A DNA stretch of 64,000 nt from a virus. Lineage: Duplodnaviria > Caudoviricetes. The notes beneath the pieces were generated by a model. That model did not search any database, was not told the DNA's origin, and saw only the letters and a program-made list of their open reading frames with translations. A program made the translations under genes and the position numbers. Numbering within the stretch: position 1 is the first letter of the stretch; every line of letters starts with the position of its first letter. The stretch is from positions 5,505-69,504 of IMG/VR virus record IMGVR_UViG_3300037067_003427; one strand, written 5' to 3'. This document shows positions 40,206-51,328 of the stretch, one piece after another.

Positions 40206-43200
40206 TTAACCCTTTTCCATCAGTTTCTTATAGCGAGAAGGGTGCTTCTGGGCAAGGTTGACCAACTTTCTTGCTCTGATTCTACTGTATTTTTTCTTCT
40301 CTTCTTCAGTAGCCTTATCCCATATCTCTAAAAGGTCTTCTCCAGACAGGGCTTTCATTTGGACTTGAGTAGCAGTTGTTCTTGACCGTTCAAGGATAGC
40401 TTTCATATCTTCACGCCCAAGACTTCCACTTTTGATATCATCCTGAACATTCTTCATTATATCCGTTACTGGTTTATGGGCATCACGGTTTTCTTTAACC
40501 TGATCTGCATACATTCTTACCAGTCCCATACGTTCACGTTCAACTTTGGGGGCAGAGATGACGATCCTTTCATGGAACTTATCAGCCACAGCTTTCTCAA
40601 ACTCTGTTTTAAACGGATAGTTGGAAATACCACCGGATTGAGCCATAGCGTTTATAATGGAACGAAGGGGTGTCTGCCCACCTGTCTTAAAGAAACCCTG
40701 TAAGGGGATAGGTGTCCATGACCGCCATATTTCTCTTGCCACCTGTTCTGCATCAGCTTTTCTTCCATATCTGTCTCTTCCTTGAGCCAGTTGAATTATC
40801 GGTCTTCCGTAAAGAGGATTGATACGATTATAAATGAAGTTTCTGGGGTCGTTTATCAAGTGCATTAAGTCTCCCATAACAGAACGGGGAGTGTATTCAT
40901 GTTTTCCGATAATCAGAGAGAATGGACGGTCCAGATGCATTTTATGGTCATCCCCGAACATAATATTAGCAAGTTGTGCAATGACAAACATTCCGATACC
41001 ACCTCTTAAAAGAGCCGTTGCCTGTTCTCTTCCGGCGCCTAAAGGATGTGCGATTGCCGATGCAACAAAGCTCATTCTTGCAAGTAGGAAGTCTGGGGCA
41101 AAGAGGGAGATTTGCAAAGCATCAATCAGGGTCGGATTCCATGCCTCTCCTTTCCAGTTCTTCCCGCCGAAGGCTTCATTGGAATGTCTTGCTTCCTGCT
41201 CAAAGACTTGAGCCAGTGTCATTTCACCATTTTTTATCTTTTCAAGGTTATGGAAGTACGTCCGTGTTGCAGCTTTTTCTGCCATGGCCATCTTGAGCTT
41301 CGGGAAGAAACTCAGCCACATAAAGTTGTTAAACTGAGAAAGCCTTTCACCTACACCCTTGGCGAACTTTCCGGGGATGATTCCAAATAACCCTATTCCA
41401 CTTAACCCTTCAGATATAATTTCTGCATGATGGTGGTCGTAAGTAATCAGTCCATGTTTAACAAGAGATTGCCTTAGTTCCCCTATGGTCATCAGTTTAC
41501 CGTCTGGACCTGTAATCTTACTTTTCTCTGTAGAATGGAAATCTACATCTGGAAGTCTAAAAGGGTTGATTGCGTGATACATCCCATGAAGTCCCAAGTG
41601 GACAATATGAAATGGAGATCCAACAACCATTGTTTCTTTGATAAACGAACTTGCTTTGAGAAGTTTCTTCCCTATCTGAACCCCTCCTATAAACGGCCAG
41701 CTTTCAGGAGCAGTCCAGTTTCTTAATTTGGATGAACCTAACCATGCGTTCATCTGATGGTAAGCGTCTTTATGCACCCATGCCGAAGCTTCCATGTAAA
41801 TCGGATTGCCCTTTTCATCCTCTCCCAGATACTTGTACTTTCTAAAATCAGGGTGATCGAATTGGATATAATTCCCTCTATCCGGAACTGCGGTAGGCTT
41901 TATCATGTATGCAGAATCAAAAGCACCGTTTCCTTCGACCACTTTACACGTACCAGCAAGGACCAGAGTAGGATTCTTATCGTTCTGAACATGGCCACGA
42001 AGGGCAAGAATTGTTTCTCTGTTGATAATGGCGTTTTTGATGGACCTCTGCCATTCAACCAACTGCCCTCCAATGGTAGGATCGATAGGTTGATAACCTG
42101 ACATAATAGCTTCGTGGTAATTGTTGAATATCTTCTGCATGGCTTCACGAGGCTTTGTGGTGAGTATTCCTGCATTGACTTCTGAAAGGAGTTTATTTGT
42201 CACTATATTTGGTTTCCGGAATGAACCACGGACATAATTCTCAACAAAACTGTCCACGAGTTCCAAATGGTATGCTTCATTAAACAAGGCGTTCCATAAA
42301 GACCTGAAGTTTGCCGCTTCTTCCTTTTCGGCAGGAGTAAGCTTTAAAGCTCTTTCGTAACTCTTCTTGGCTGCGGTGAGTGTTTCGATATATTTCTTCC
42401 CATATCCGGAATAGGTTTTGCCATACATGGTTGAAACCTTTGGAAGCTGAAGATTGACCATATCCAACCATTTCTGTAGCTGTTCTTCGCTTCCGGCGTT
42501 CATGTAATAAGTAATGGCAGTTTGTTGTTCTCTGGTCAGCCTTTTGTTGATTGCCTTTAACTGGTCCATCAGGTCTTTTTCAACAATCGCCTTTGAACCA
42601 CCGTTTCCATCAATAATGTCTTTGAGACTCTGTTTTGCAGGAACAATCTTCTGTTTGTAGATATCGACTGTCTTTTTAACGTCCGTCTTGGCATCGGTCA
42701 ATACTCTTTGAATCTCTGGAAAGTTCTTAAACTTGTCCACGACATCATCAAACTGAATAAACAACTCTCCTTGGTCTGGAGGCGGCTTATTCTGTTTCAG
42801 TCCAAATGGAACTGCTGTACCTTTTGGAGTAATTTCAAATGTTTCTTCTGGGGATAAGCCGGGGAGATCGGCTGTTTTAAATTGTGACAACGCTTTTTGC
42901 GCCCACACGTTCTGTTTATATTTTTCCAATACTTCTATAGGAACTTTTTCTCCTTTTTCTAAAGCGTCCTTAACAAGTTGTGGATGAGCACTTAACCGTA
43001 TAGCCTTTTCATCTCCAGTTTTATCACCAACATATTCAGATGGAGTCATTTGCCATGGCTGTTTGACTTTTGGTGTAGTGGCAATTTCTTGAGGTAGAGT
43101 TGAGATCATTTCCTTATACTTTGCTTCGGATATAAATTTACCATCAACATAAATTCTGGCGGGAAATTGATTAAAAAGGGTTCCTTTTGAAGAAACATTA

Positions 43201-46200
43201 ATAATCATATCCTGTTCAATACGGATATTCTTCCCCCCACGATTTCCGGTAATATTAAATCTATATCCATCAAGGTGTTTCACCTCTCCATTATCCAATT
43301 CTCCCAATTTATTTTGAATCTTGTCTTTCCATGAAGATATTGTCTCATCGGCATAAGAATCTGCCGCCTTTTTGAGTCTAACGGCATCGATCTTTTGGGG
43401 TGGAAGTTCACTCATACGATAGGTTCCAGTTTGCCGTTCTAACACGTTTGAGATGGTTTCACGGTAGAATTTAGCAGAAGAACTATTATAGACTCCCCTT
43501 AGAGTTGGTCCGAATTGATCAACCATTCGTTTGAATTGTGATTCGATCATAGAAGAATATCTGGTTGCAATGGCTGGCTTATATTTATCAAGAACATCCA
43601 TTAATACTTTATTTTTTATACCAGTTTCGGTTTTTGGTGCTATACCTTCTTCAACAGGAATAATAGAATCCATAATCTCATGCAGTTCATCTAGTTTGGA
43701 TTTCATTCCATAATTACCACCAATGAAGTCCACAATGATATTCTTGAATTTCTGCCATACTGTTTGAGATTCCTTTTTCTCTCCTTCAGTTTTAATCGAA
43801 TCCAACCATCGGGCGAATCCTTTTCTTGTAAACGCATAAGATACGAGTTCTTCAGGTGTCATGTTTGCAATATCAATTATCTTCTTTACAGAATCAGGAG
43901 CATATTCTGCACGATTCTTAACCGAATCAAGAAGTTTATTAAGACGGTTGTTTAATAGAATTGCCTGTGCAGAAGTCATCTTTCCGATAAAGTTTCTTAT
44001 AATCGCGTGAATAGACTCATGGCCAAATGCTTCCATATACGCATCGGAAACATTTGAAAGATTTTGGTCTATATAAGGAGTGTTAAAAGTAATCCTGTTG
44101 TCATCCTTGTCATATACACCCACCGCTCTTTGTCTTGCTTCATGAGAGATGTTAGAAGGATCAAATGATATTTTAACTCCGAGTTTATCTAGTATGGGAA
44201 CCAGCCAACCGTAAGCAAATTTCTGACCTGTAGCCTTTTCGTAAAGCTCTACGGCTTTAGAAGGAGACATATCTTCTGCTTTTTGAAGATTCCACATGGA
44301 TTTAAGAAGTTCTTTACCTTCAGGTGATTGATCTTTGGAAGGTGAGGTCTCTCCTTGCATTTCAAGTTGGTTTTTTGCATTATCAAGTCTTTCCAATATC
44401 TGTGTCAAAATTTCTTCGGCATCATACCGATCTTCTGCATCCAACAACTTTTTAGCATCACGGCGTTTTTCCAGTTCTGGTGTTTTGAGTTCTTCGTAAA
44501 GAGTATCTATTGACTCTGCATCTTCCTTATTAGATTGATCCGTTGCTTTATCAACCTTTTCCTGAAGTTCAGAAAACTCCTTTTCCTGTTTGTATTTAAG
44601 TATATCTACAATTTTATTAGATTCGCCAGCAATAGGTGTTTCAAGTTGCTTTTTCCCTACTGCATCAAAGAAACTATCTACTTCTTTGGCATTGGCTTCA
44701 AGGACTTCGGGAGTAAGCCTTTCTTTTTCGAGTTCATTTACTGCCTCCTCCATTTCTTCTGCATGTTTTGCCAAAAGTGCCTCTGATTCTTTTTCAATCT
44801 GATCTACCTGCTTCTCGCTGATCTCCCCTTCAGTTCCACCTTTTTGCAGTCTTCCCATCTCACGAGGGTCTTTTAACGCTTCCATAAGATCAGAATCACT
44901 TTTAAAACCATGTTCCTGTGCAATCTCTCCGATGTTATTGTTTCCGCTTCCTCTGATAAGACCGGGGTATTGTTTTGTTAATTGTTTTATTGTGTTTGAA
45001 TCAGTAATCCCCCGTAATCCCGTTTTGGTTTCTTTGTTTCCAAGACCTATCCCCCCGCTTTTTCTAATCGCTTGAATGATAGGATTCATAGGATTGCTTG
45101 ATTTGGATGCTCGTATTCTTTTTGGGGCTTCCTTTACGGGTTCTGCTTTCTTAGCTTTAATCTTTTCACGAACAGCGGTAACACCTTTTCCTTCTTTCTT
45201 GCCAAATTCAACACGTTTTCTTGCGAGTGCTTCTGGAAGTGTTTCGTTTTTGCCAAGACTGAATGTAGTTCCTGTTTTGGGATCGGTGAATAATGGAATC
45301 GGTGGTTTGTTAACCCGTTCCTGCATATCATTAAATATAACACCAGCATCTTTAGCTTGTTTTTTGTAATCAGGTTCGGCGGCTTCTTTATGTTGAGTTT
45401 CCTTATTGATTTCACTTAATCTATCGTTGACGGTTTCAACAACAGTTGAGTATCTTTCGTTTAGTGGTATTTCTCTTTCAAGTGCAGATTTGCTATTGAA
45501 CCGAGATTGTTTCATCCCGAGATTTTTTTCATACAATTCCTTTGCCGCCTTTGATGACATTACGTTCCCATCGGTAACGTCTATTCTAAAGTCAGTAGTT
45601 CCCCTAACCGAATCAACTAATCCCGGTTTATATTTAACCACTTCCGAGTTAGGAAACATTTCTTTAAGTTCTTCAATCGTTGGTATCTTCCCCGAAGAAT
45701 CAAAAGATAAAGATATTATACTCCCATTTAAATTGGATTGAACGATTATTGGTTTATTAGGAGAAACACCCTCTATATTTGTTCCAGTCTGTTCTACTTT
45801 TTCTTCTTTTTCGGAAACAGCTTCTTCAGGCGGTAAAATAGCCTCATTTTTGACTTCTTCTGTCTTCAATGGAGCTTCAGTCGTTAAAACTTCTTTAGGG
45901 GCAATTTGAGGCTCAGATGCCTTTCCAGCAACCTCTTTCTGTGCATACTTCTTTACTATCTCATCTGGTTTTCCAGCAAGAACAGTATTGGCATCTTTAA
46001 GAAGCGTTTCGGCATCAGCAGTGGGATTCTTTTCGAGTACGAAATCAACTGCCGCCGCTACCTGAGATTTGTTAAGATTTGTCCAAAGGGAATTTTTCAG
46101 TCCTATGATGACATCATCACGGTTAGGATTTGCTTCTGTTTGTTTTGGAGTAAACCGTTGTGCCATATCTCTACTTAATTCCGGTTGGACAATAGGAGTA

Positions 46201-47330
46201 TCGACAACCTTTCTTTCTTCAAGGCTGTCCATTTGTGAATCAATATCCATGGACAACGAATCAAAAGGAGCCGTTACATCAATAGGAAGATTGTTCTGAA
46301 TCTTGTTAAGAGCATATTCAGCCCACTTTTCCTTTATTTCAGGATTGTCTGTAGCGATAATATCCGATACACCACCGGCTATTTCAGCACGTTTTTTCTG
46401 CTTTGCCAATGATTCAGGGTCTTGCGGATTGAAATTCTCTATTGGACTGGCAAGGATATCAGCCTGTTTTGCAGCTACATACTGATTGACCACCTGAGCG
46501 CCACCACCGACAAGAACGGTCATAAGCGCGGTCGGACCTATGGCGGAAACTGCTTCTGCCCATGGATCGGCTTCAGGACGAATACCCTGACGCTTTTCAA
46601 TCATGGCCTCAATATAGTTCTGTCCCATTTCTGTAGATATTTCGAGAGGCATGGTACGAAGGGTAAGTTCTTTGAGGTAATTAATAAGACCGCCTTTAAG
46701 AACGCCTTTTGCACCCTTATCCAGAATAGACTTTCCGATAGTTCCCAGAGGACCGAATAGCCTTGCTGCCGCCCAGTTAGCAACTTCTTCTCCAGTAAAT
46801 TCTGTGAGTCCTGTCAGGTACGGTGCCGCACCTTCAGGAACTCCTCTCTGCTGTGCAAGTTCTCTTGTTGTCTGTGCTTGCGAAAGACCGAATATGGCAG
46901 GGATGGCATACTGTGAAATCTTCCCTGCACCGTAAACAAGTCCTCCAACGGCCTTTGCTGCCGGATGAGGAACGAATTGTAACGCTTTTCCTACTCCCAT
47001 TAATCCCATAGGAATACCAACAGACATGGGTATCATTTTACCGGCCTGTTCGGGAATACTTTCAGGAGCGTTCCCCTGTCCTTCTTTTCCCCATTCAGAT
47101 ATCTTTTGGGCAGTATCTTCCGGCTTAGTCCCGCCCACTCCCAGAAATTGAGATGCTTTGGCAAGTTGTTCTGGAACGCCATAGACCGTTCCCTTGTATA
47201 TACCTTTGGCAAGGCTAGTTACGGGATTGGATGAAACGGTTTCCTCTTGAGAAGGAGCAAAATCATTCCACGGCCCAGATTCAGGTTTCTCTTGAAAATC
47301 TTCCCAAGGATTGCTCATATTTTCTCCCAA
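40206..47330 (-). CDS. Large internal virion (ejection) protein with polyvalent-protein features
   Basis: 2374 aa at the end of the virion operon; N-terminal PWEDF/PWNDF repeats; HExxH (GHESIH) metallopeptidase-like motif; PWQMTPSEY motif. Confidence 0.7.
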   Translation of the reverse strand: MGENMSNPWEDFQEKPESGPWNDFAPSQEETVSSNPVTSLAKGIYKGTVYGVPEQLAKASQFLGVGGTKPEDTAQKISEWGKEGQGNAPESIPEQAGKMIPMSVGIPMGLMGVGKALQFVPHPAAKAVGGLVYGAGKISQYAIPAIFGLSQAQTTRELAQQRGVPEGAAPYLTGLTEFTGEEVANWAAARLFGPLGTIGKSILDKGAKGVLKGGLINYLKELTLRTMPLEISTEMGQNYIEAMIEKRQGIRPEADPWAEAVSAIGPTALMTVLVGGGAQVVNQYVAAKQADILASPIENFNPQDPESLAKQKKRAEIAGGVSDIIATDNPEIKEKWAEYALNKIQNNLPIDVTAPFDSLSMDIDSQMDSLEERKVVDTPIVQPELSRDMAQRFTPKQTEANPNRDDVIIGLKNSLWTNLNKSQVAAAVDFVLEKNPTADAETLLKDANTVLAGKPDEIVKKYAQKEVAGKASEPQIAPKEVLTTEAPLKTEEVKNEAILPPEEAVSEKEEKVEQTGTNIEGVSPNKPIIVQSNLNGSIISLSFDSSGKIPTIEELKEMFPNSEVVKYKPGLVDSVRGTTDFRIDVTDGNVMSSKAAKELYEKNLGMKQSRFNSKSALEREIPLNERYSTVVETVNDRLSEINKETQHKEAAEPDYKKQAKDAGVIFNDMQERVNKPPIPLFTDPKTGTTFSLGKNETLPEALARKRVEFGKKEGKGVTAVREKIKAKKAEPVKEAPKRIRASKSSNPMNPIIQAIRKSGGIGLGNKETKTGLRGITDSNTIKQLTKQYPGLIRGSGNNNIGEIAQEHGFKSDSDLMEALKDPREMGRLQKGGTEGEISEKQVDQIEKESEALLAKHAEEMEEAVNELEKERLTPEVLEANAKEVDSFFDAVGKKQLETPIAGESNKIVDILKYKQEKEFSELQEKVDKATDQSNKEDAESIDTLYEELKTPELEKRRDAKKLLDAEDRYDAEEILTQILERLDNAKNQLEMQGETSPSKDQSPEGKELLKSMWNLQKAEDMSPSKAVELYEKATGQKFAYGWLVPILDKLGVKISFDPSNISHEARQRAVGVYDKDDNRITFNTPYIDQNLSNVSDAYMEAFGHESIHAIIRNFIGKMTSAQAILLNNRLNKLLDSVKNRAEYAPDSVKKIIDIANMTPEELVSYAFTRKGFARWLDSIKTEGEKKESQTVWQKFKNIIVDFIGGNYGMKSKLDELHEIMDSIIPVEEGIAPKTETGIKNKVLMDVLDKYKPAIATRYSSMIESQFKRMVDQFGPTLRGVYNSSSAKFYRETISNVLERQTGTYRMSELPPQKIDAVRLKKAADSYADETISSWKDKIQNKLGELDNGEVKHLDGYRFNITGNRGGKNIRIEQDMIINVSSKGTLFNQFPARIYVDGKFISEAKYKEMISTLPQEIATTPKVKQPWQMTPSEYVGDKTGDEKAIRLSAHPQLVKDALEKGEKVPIEVLEKYKQNVWAQKALSQFKTADLPGLSPEETFEITPKGTAVPFGLKQNKPPPDQGELFIQFDDVVDKFKNFPEIQRVLTDAKTDVKKTVDIYKQKIVPAKQSLKDIIDGNGGSKAIVEKDLMDQLKAINKRLTREQQTAITYYMNAGSEEQLQKWLDMVNLQLPKVSTMYGKTYSGYGKKYIETLTAAKKSYERALKLTPAEKEEAANFRSLWNALFNEAYHLELVDSFVENYVRGSFRKPNIVTNKLLSEVNAGILTTKPREAMQKIFNNYHEAIMSGYQPIDPTIGGQLVEWQRSIKNAIINRETILALRGHVQNDKNPTLVLAGTCKVVEGNGAFDSAYMIKPTAVPDRGNYIQFDHPDFRKYKYLGEDEKGNPIYMEASAWVHKDAYHQMNAWLGSSKLRNWTAPESWPFIGGVQIGKKLLKASSFIKETMVVGSPFHIVHLGLHGMYHAINPFRLPDVDFHSTEKSKITGPDGKLMTIGELRQSLVKHGLITYDHHHAEIISEGLSGIGLFGIIPGKFAKGVGERLSQFNNFMWLSFFPKLKMAMAEKAATRTYFHNLEKIKNGEMTLAQVFEQEARHSNEAFGGKNWKGEAWNPTLIDALQISLFAPDFLLARMSFVASAIAHPLGAGREQATALLRGGIGMFVIAQLANIMFGDDHKMHLDRPFSLIIGKHEYTPRSVMGDLMHLINDPRNFIYNRINPLYGRPIIQLAQGRDRYGRKADAEQVAREIWRSWTPIPLQGFFKTGGQTPLRSIINAMAQSGGISNYPFKTEFEKAVADKFHERIVISAPKVERERMGLVRMYADQVKENRDAHKPVTDIMKNVQDDIKSGSLGREDMKAILERSRTTATQVQMKALSGEDLLEIWDKATEEEKKKYSRIRARKLVNLAQKHPSRYKKLMEKG

Positions 47331-48247
47331 TTTTTTTGATCAGCAAGATTACCACCTTTAAAACGATAGCCTTTAACAACATCACCTTTAACTGGAATTT
47401 TCTTAGGTTCTGGAAGTTTCATTCCCTTTGGAATTGGATATCCCATGCTTTCGAGTGTTTTGGAACCCTCTCCGTAATCTTTTTTCCCTGTTTTTATGCC
47501 AGCTTCATCAAGGATATCAGGAGATGTCATTTCGAGTGCTTTAAGAAAATTCATAGGATCTTTTAAATTATTCCCCTGATCGAACTTTCTAACTTCCAAT
47601 CCAAGTTTAGCCCTTTCAATGGCATTTCTTTCAGCGTTTCCGCTTCCTGATGCATTTATCTGTGCTTTACGAATATCTAGGATTCTATTCTGGGCATTTC
47701 CAGCAAGTCCATACGCGCCTCTATTTTGACGGTTATTTTCAATACTGCTAACAAGGTCTTCTATTTGTGTGTTAAGGTCTTTTTTGGGTGCCGCTTCTGG
47801 AACTCCAATACCTTCAAGTAACCTATTTCCTTCTTCATAAGAACCAGATTTTTTAACTATGGTCGGAATTTCGCCTTGCGGGGTTATGCCACCTTTTCCA
47901 GACATCGCCCATCCCTTAGGAACTTGATATGGCTTAACAACGCTTGGAGTTTCTGCCGTGGGTTGATTGGTTACAGAAGGTACTCCCGGTGCGGTGGGTG
48001 TGTTTACTACTGGTGCTGCAATCCCTCTGCTTTTTGCTAATGCTACAGCGTTCTCAAACTTCTGATCATCAGTCAAGGAAGCATTTTGAGTAGTCATAGC
48101 CGGGTTTTCAACTCCTCCCCAAGAGTTTATTATAGGACCAGGATCTTTGATTGGCTGACCTGCACCCACAAAATTTCTGGCCTTTTGTTTTGCAACCTCC
48201 AATCCTTTAGCCCCAGGGGTATTACTCCAATCTATTTCTTTAGCCAT
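47315..48247 (-). CDS. Putative internal virion protein
   Basis: Position upstream of the large ejection protein; low-complexity A/P/Q-rich sequence. Confidence 0.5.
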   Translation of the reverse strand: MAKEIDWSNTPGAKGLEVAKQKARNFVGAGQPIKDPGPIINSWGGVENPAMTTQNASLTDDQKFENAVALAKSRGIAAPVVNTPTAPGVPSVTNQPTAETPSVVKPYQVPKGWAMSGKGGITPQGEIPTIVKKSGSYEEGNRLLEGIGVPEAAPKKDLNTQIEDLVSSIENNRQNRGAYGLAGNAQNRILDIRKAQINASGSGNAERNAIERAKLGLEVRKFDQGNNLKDPMNFLKALEMTSPDILDEAGIKTGKKDYGEGSKTLESMGYPIPKGMKLPEPKKIPVKGDVVKGYRFKGGNLADQKNWEKI

Positions 48248-48256
48248 ATCATCCTC

Positions 48257-49711
48257 CTAATTATCTAAACTTCCCGACATTGCTTCACTGTAACTCATAC
48301 TTGCATGAGCACTCATTGCGGCCATTGCGCCTGCTGTCATAGAAGCGGTTGCTGTTGCTACTCCTCTTGCCGCTTCCATCATTATATTTGCATGGAGATC
48401 ATTGCTTCTATTTGTAATCTCAATACTCTTTATCCCTAGTTCCGAAGCTGCAATATACATTTTTGCTTGAGATTCGGAAATCTTGCTTTTCAATTCTGCC
48501 GAGACAACATTTAATTGTGTATTCGCTTTGAACATTTCCGTTTCACCATTATATTTCGCAATACGAACATCGGCGTCTTTTGCCCAAGCATCAAACTGAA
48601 GTTTATTAGCTTCGATCTTTGCCTTTTCAACACCCAATTCGGCAATCATGGCATCTACTTCTGTTTTGTAAGTTTCTATCAATATAGTAGTTGCTCTGAG
48701 TTGTTCTGAATAAATCTGAATTGTCTGGGCATTGACTTCACCTACCAGTTTCTGCCCTTCGATCTGCGCCTTATAGAGTTCCACTTTGGTCATTTCGGCA
48801 CGAATAATCATTTCCCGTACCTGTGCCGTGGCTTTATATCCTTCTACTTTTGACATATATGTTTTAATCTGAAGATCAATATACTCATTGGCGAACTTTG
48901 CCGTTGCCTCTTCAGCTTGGAAAACAAGTTCTTCATACTTAATCAGCATATTTATAAGACGGTCTGCCAGAGTTACGGTGAGTTCGAGGGACTTGAACAG
49001 GTTTGATTGTTCCAGTTCTGCCTGTTTAACAGCGATTTCACGAGAACGGTCAAGATTCTTATTCATGTATTCTATTTGAAGTGCCATGAGAGAATCAGCA
49101 AGAGGACCATCGGGAAGAGAAAATCCAGTCTTAGCCCACATTGCTTTTACTTTGTCAGTTGAATCAGAAAGTTGCTGTTCATTGCGTTCACGATCCCTAT
49201 CCCATATCGCCGTTTCCACGGCAGGTGAAAGGCCTGTGCCACCATTGGCAATATTATTTGTCAGCCTGGTAATTGCCGCTTGGATCATGGGGTCATCCGT
49301 AATGATGACATTTCCTACGTTATAATTCCATTGATGAGGTGGAGTAATATCATAAACAGGTGCCGTTATATCCAAAGAGGGGAAAGAATCCAAAGAAGGA
49401 ATATTTGGCATGACAATATTTTGCAGGGTTCCAAGTGTGGGTGTAGTCGTTTCCGGTTTTGTCGGCTTTGTCGGAACTTCAAGTGTGACTACAGTTGGCG
49501 CACTTCCAATCGATAATGCTCCCGGAGGAGATGGTGAAGATACTGGCGCATCAGACACAGATGGTGTTGAAAATGAAGTAGGATATGCAGTAGAAAGTTG
49601 CAAAGCAGCGAGTTTATCCAAAGCAGTTTTTGCTGCATCAAGCGCCGCCTGTCCCCATAGTCTACTTGTTGTCAATTGGTATTGTACTGGTTCTAATGCT
49701 AGTCCGGACAT
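48257..49711 (-). CDS. Putative internal virion protein (coiled-coil)
   Basis: Long Ala/Glu/Lys coiled-coil and an A/M/S-rich C-terminus typical of ejected core proteins. Confidence 0.55.
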   Translation of the reverse strand: MSGLALEPVQYQLTTSRLWGQAALDAAKTALDKLAALQLSTAYPTSFSTPSVSDAPVSSPSPPGALSIGSAPTVVTLEVPTKPTKPETTTPTLGTLQNIVMPNIPSLDSFPSLDITAPVYDITPPHQWNYNVGNVIITDDPMIQAAITRLTNNIANGGTGLSPAVETAIWDRDRERNEQQLSDSTDKVKAMWAKTGFSLPDGPLADSLMALQIEYMNKNLDRSREIAVKQAELEQSNLFKSLELTVTLADRLINMLIKYEELVFQAEEATAKFANEYIDLQIKTYMSKVEGYKATAQVREMIIRAEMTKVELYKAQIEGQKLVGEVNAQTIQIYSEQLRATTILIETYKTEVDAMIAELGVEKAKIEANKLQFDAWAKDADVRIAKYNGETEMFKANTQLNVVSAELKSKISESQAKMYIAASELGIKSIEITNRSNDLHANIMMEAARGVATATASMTAGAMAAMSAHASMSYSEAMSGSLDN

Positions 49712-49720
49712 AACTGCCTC

Positions 49721-51328
49721 CTAAAACTTAATTGTAATCGCCAATGGTGTGCTGTCTTCTTCGTTTGCCACATCCCCACCCTGAAGCGTCTGTCTCATTT
49801 CTATGTCACCGGGATTAAGGGTTTTTACCTTTGATTCCTTGCTTACAATCTTCGTATAAAGAGTATTTGCCGTAAACGCATATGAACATATTCCAGAAGA
49901 TATGGTTGGTAAAATACTTTCCGATGCCTTATACAGTTTACTCTCATGCCATATATTGTCAATACTCCCATAATCATATCCGATTGAAGCAGGGTCAAGA
50001 ATGGTACTATGGCAGTCATCTATGACCGTATCGTGTCCAATCGAAGTAGTTCCCGGAGGAGTGACTACCCATCCTTCACTATGAGTTGCTGGCCATGTCG
50101 TTGTCGGTGGCCAATAGAAGAACCAAGTCTTTTCGCTTACGTCGTATGTCTTTAGTGTCTTCAGCCTGTAAATAAACTCTGGGCATGTAACATCTATTTC
50201 CAACATTTTTACTGTAACCGTCGATTGAGAAGGATCAGGAGTATCACCGGTGGTTACGTTTCCGGAAATAAGCAAATACCTTTTACTCACATCTTCATTC
50301 ACTTCATACCGAAAGGTCTTGCCGGTATAGTCTGTTCTCAGTTTGTCCACTTTCCCATCAAAGACTTCTATCTCTTTAACTTTGATAGAATTTAGAACAC
50401 TTTGCCTTTGAAATGCCTGTGTATCTTCAGTATTACGTGTTCCGGTAAAAGGGTCGAATCCCCCGCCCGTTACGCAACTGTATGAAAAGGAATTAACAGT
50501 ACTATGATTATCTACCCAGTCTGAAAGCAATACGCCGTACCCTGGTTCATATCCTTCAAACATTGGCATATAATCAGAACCGGCCACCACGTCAATGTTC
50601 GGTTCACGTTCCGCTTCGGGATGGTCCACATTGTCTGTGAAAATATACCAGAATCCTGTACTGTAAAAAGGAACTGTTTCGTAAAGCCCGTATGTCTGAC
50701 AAATCGTTTTTAACGCATCGAAATAATAAGCATACACTTCAGTAGTGCTATCCCGAACATCTGAGAAGACAATTCTGATGTCTTTTGATAGATCTATCTG
50801 AAAAACATCCGAACTCAACCTGAACAGGACTTTCTTTTTTACAAAAGTAGGTGGTGCCGATGGATTTAATGGGTCAACAACAACCTTCTCTGTGACATAA
50901 AAAGCTATGCCCTGTAAGTCTGCTTCTGTCCAATCAGAGGGGAAGCTGTACTCCGAATCATGAACCATTGTTTCACGTTCCGATTTAGACGCACAATAAA
51001 GGGTTACAAACGCTTCTACTTCACTACCCTTTGGATAATAGTAAAGTCTGAACTCTTCTCCTCCTAATTCAGCTTGTTGACCGTTAAAGGTAAACTTAAA
51101 CGCATCACCAGTTACACCACCGGAATATATTCTGACATACTCCACATCGTTTACTCTCATCACTTCTACTGAACCTTCTGCGTTCTTCTGGACAAGACGA
51201 TGGACATTTGCACCGTCAGATTGCATCATATTCCATATATGGAAAGACAGCATTTTCGACAACGCCAAAAGAGAACCTGGAATGGGAAAATCAGAATCTC
51301 TATAATTTCGTGGAACGTGTTGTTTCAT
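49721..51328 (-). CDS. Virion/tail-associated hypothetical protein
   Basis: 535 aa within the tail module. Confidence 0.55.
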   Translation of the reverse strand: MKQHVPRNYRDSDFPIPGSLLALSKMLSFHIWNMMQSDGANVHRLVQKNAEGSVEVMRVNDVEYVRIYSGGVTGDAFKFTFNGQQAELGGEEFRLYYYPKGSEVEAFVTLYCASKSERETMVHDSEYSFPSDWTEADLQGIAFYVTEKVVVDPLNPSAPPTFVKKKVLFRLSSDVFQIDLSKDIRIVFSDVRDSTTEVYAYYFDALKTICQTYGLYETVPFYSTGFWYIFTDNVDHPEAEREPNIDVVAGSDYMPMFEGYEPGYGVLLSDWVDNHSTVNSFSYSCVTGGGFDPFTGTRNTEDTQAFQRQSVLNSIKVKEIEVFDGKVDKLRTDYTGKTFRYEVNEDVSKRYLLISGNVTTGDTPDPSQSTVTVKMLEIDVTCPEFIYRLKTLKTYDVSEKTWFFYWPPTTTWPATHSEGWVVTPPGTTSIGHDTVIDDCHSTILDPASIGYDYGSIDNIWHESKLYKASESILPTISSGICSYAFTANTLYTKIVSKESKVKTLNPGDIEMRQTLQGGDVANEEDSTPLAITIKF

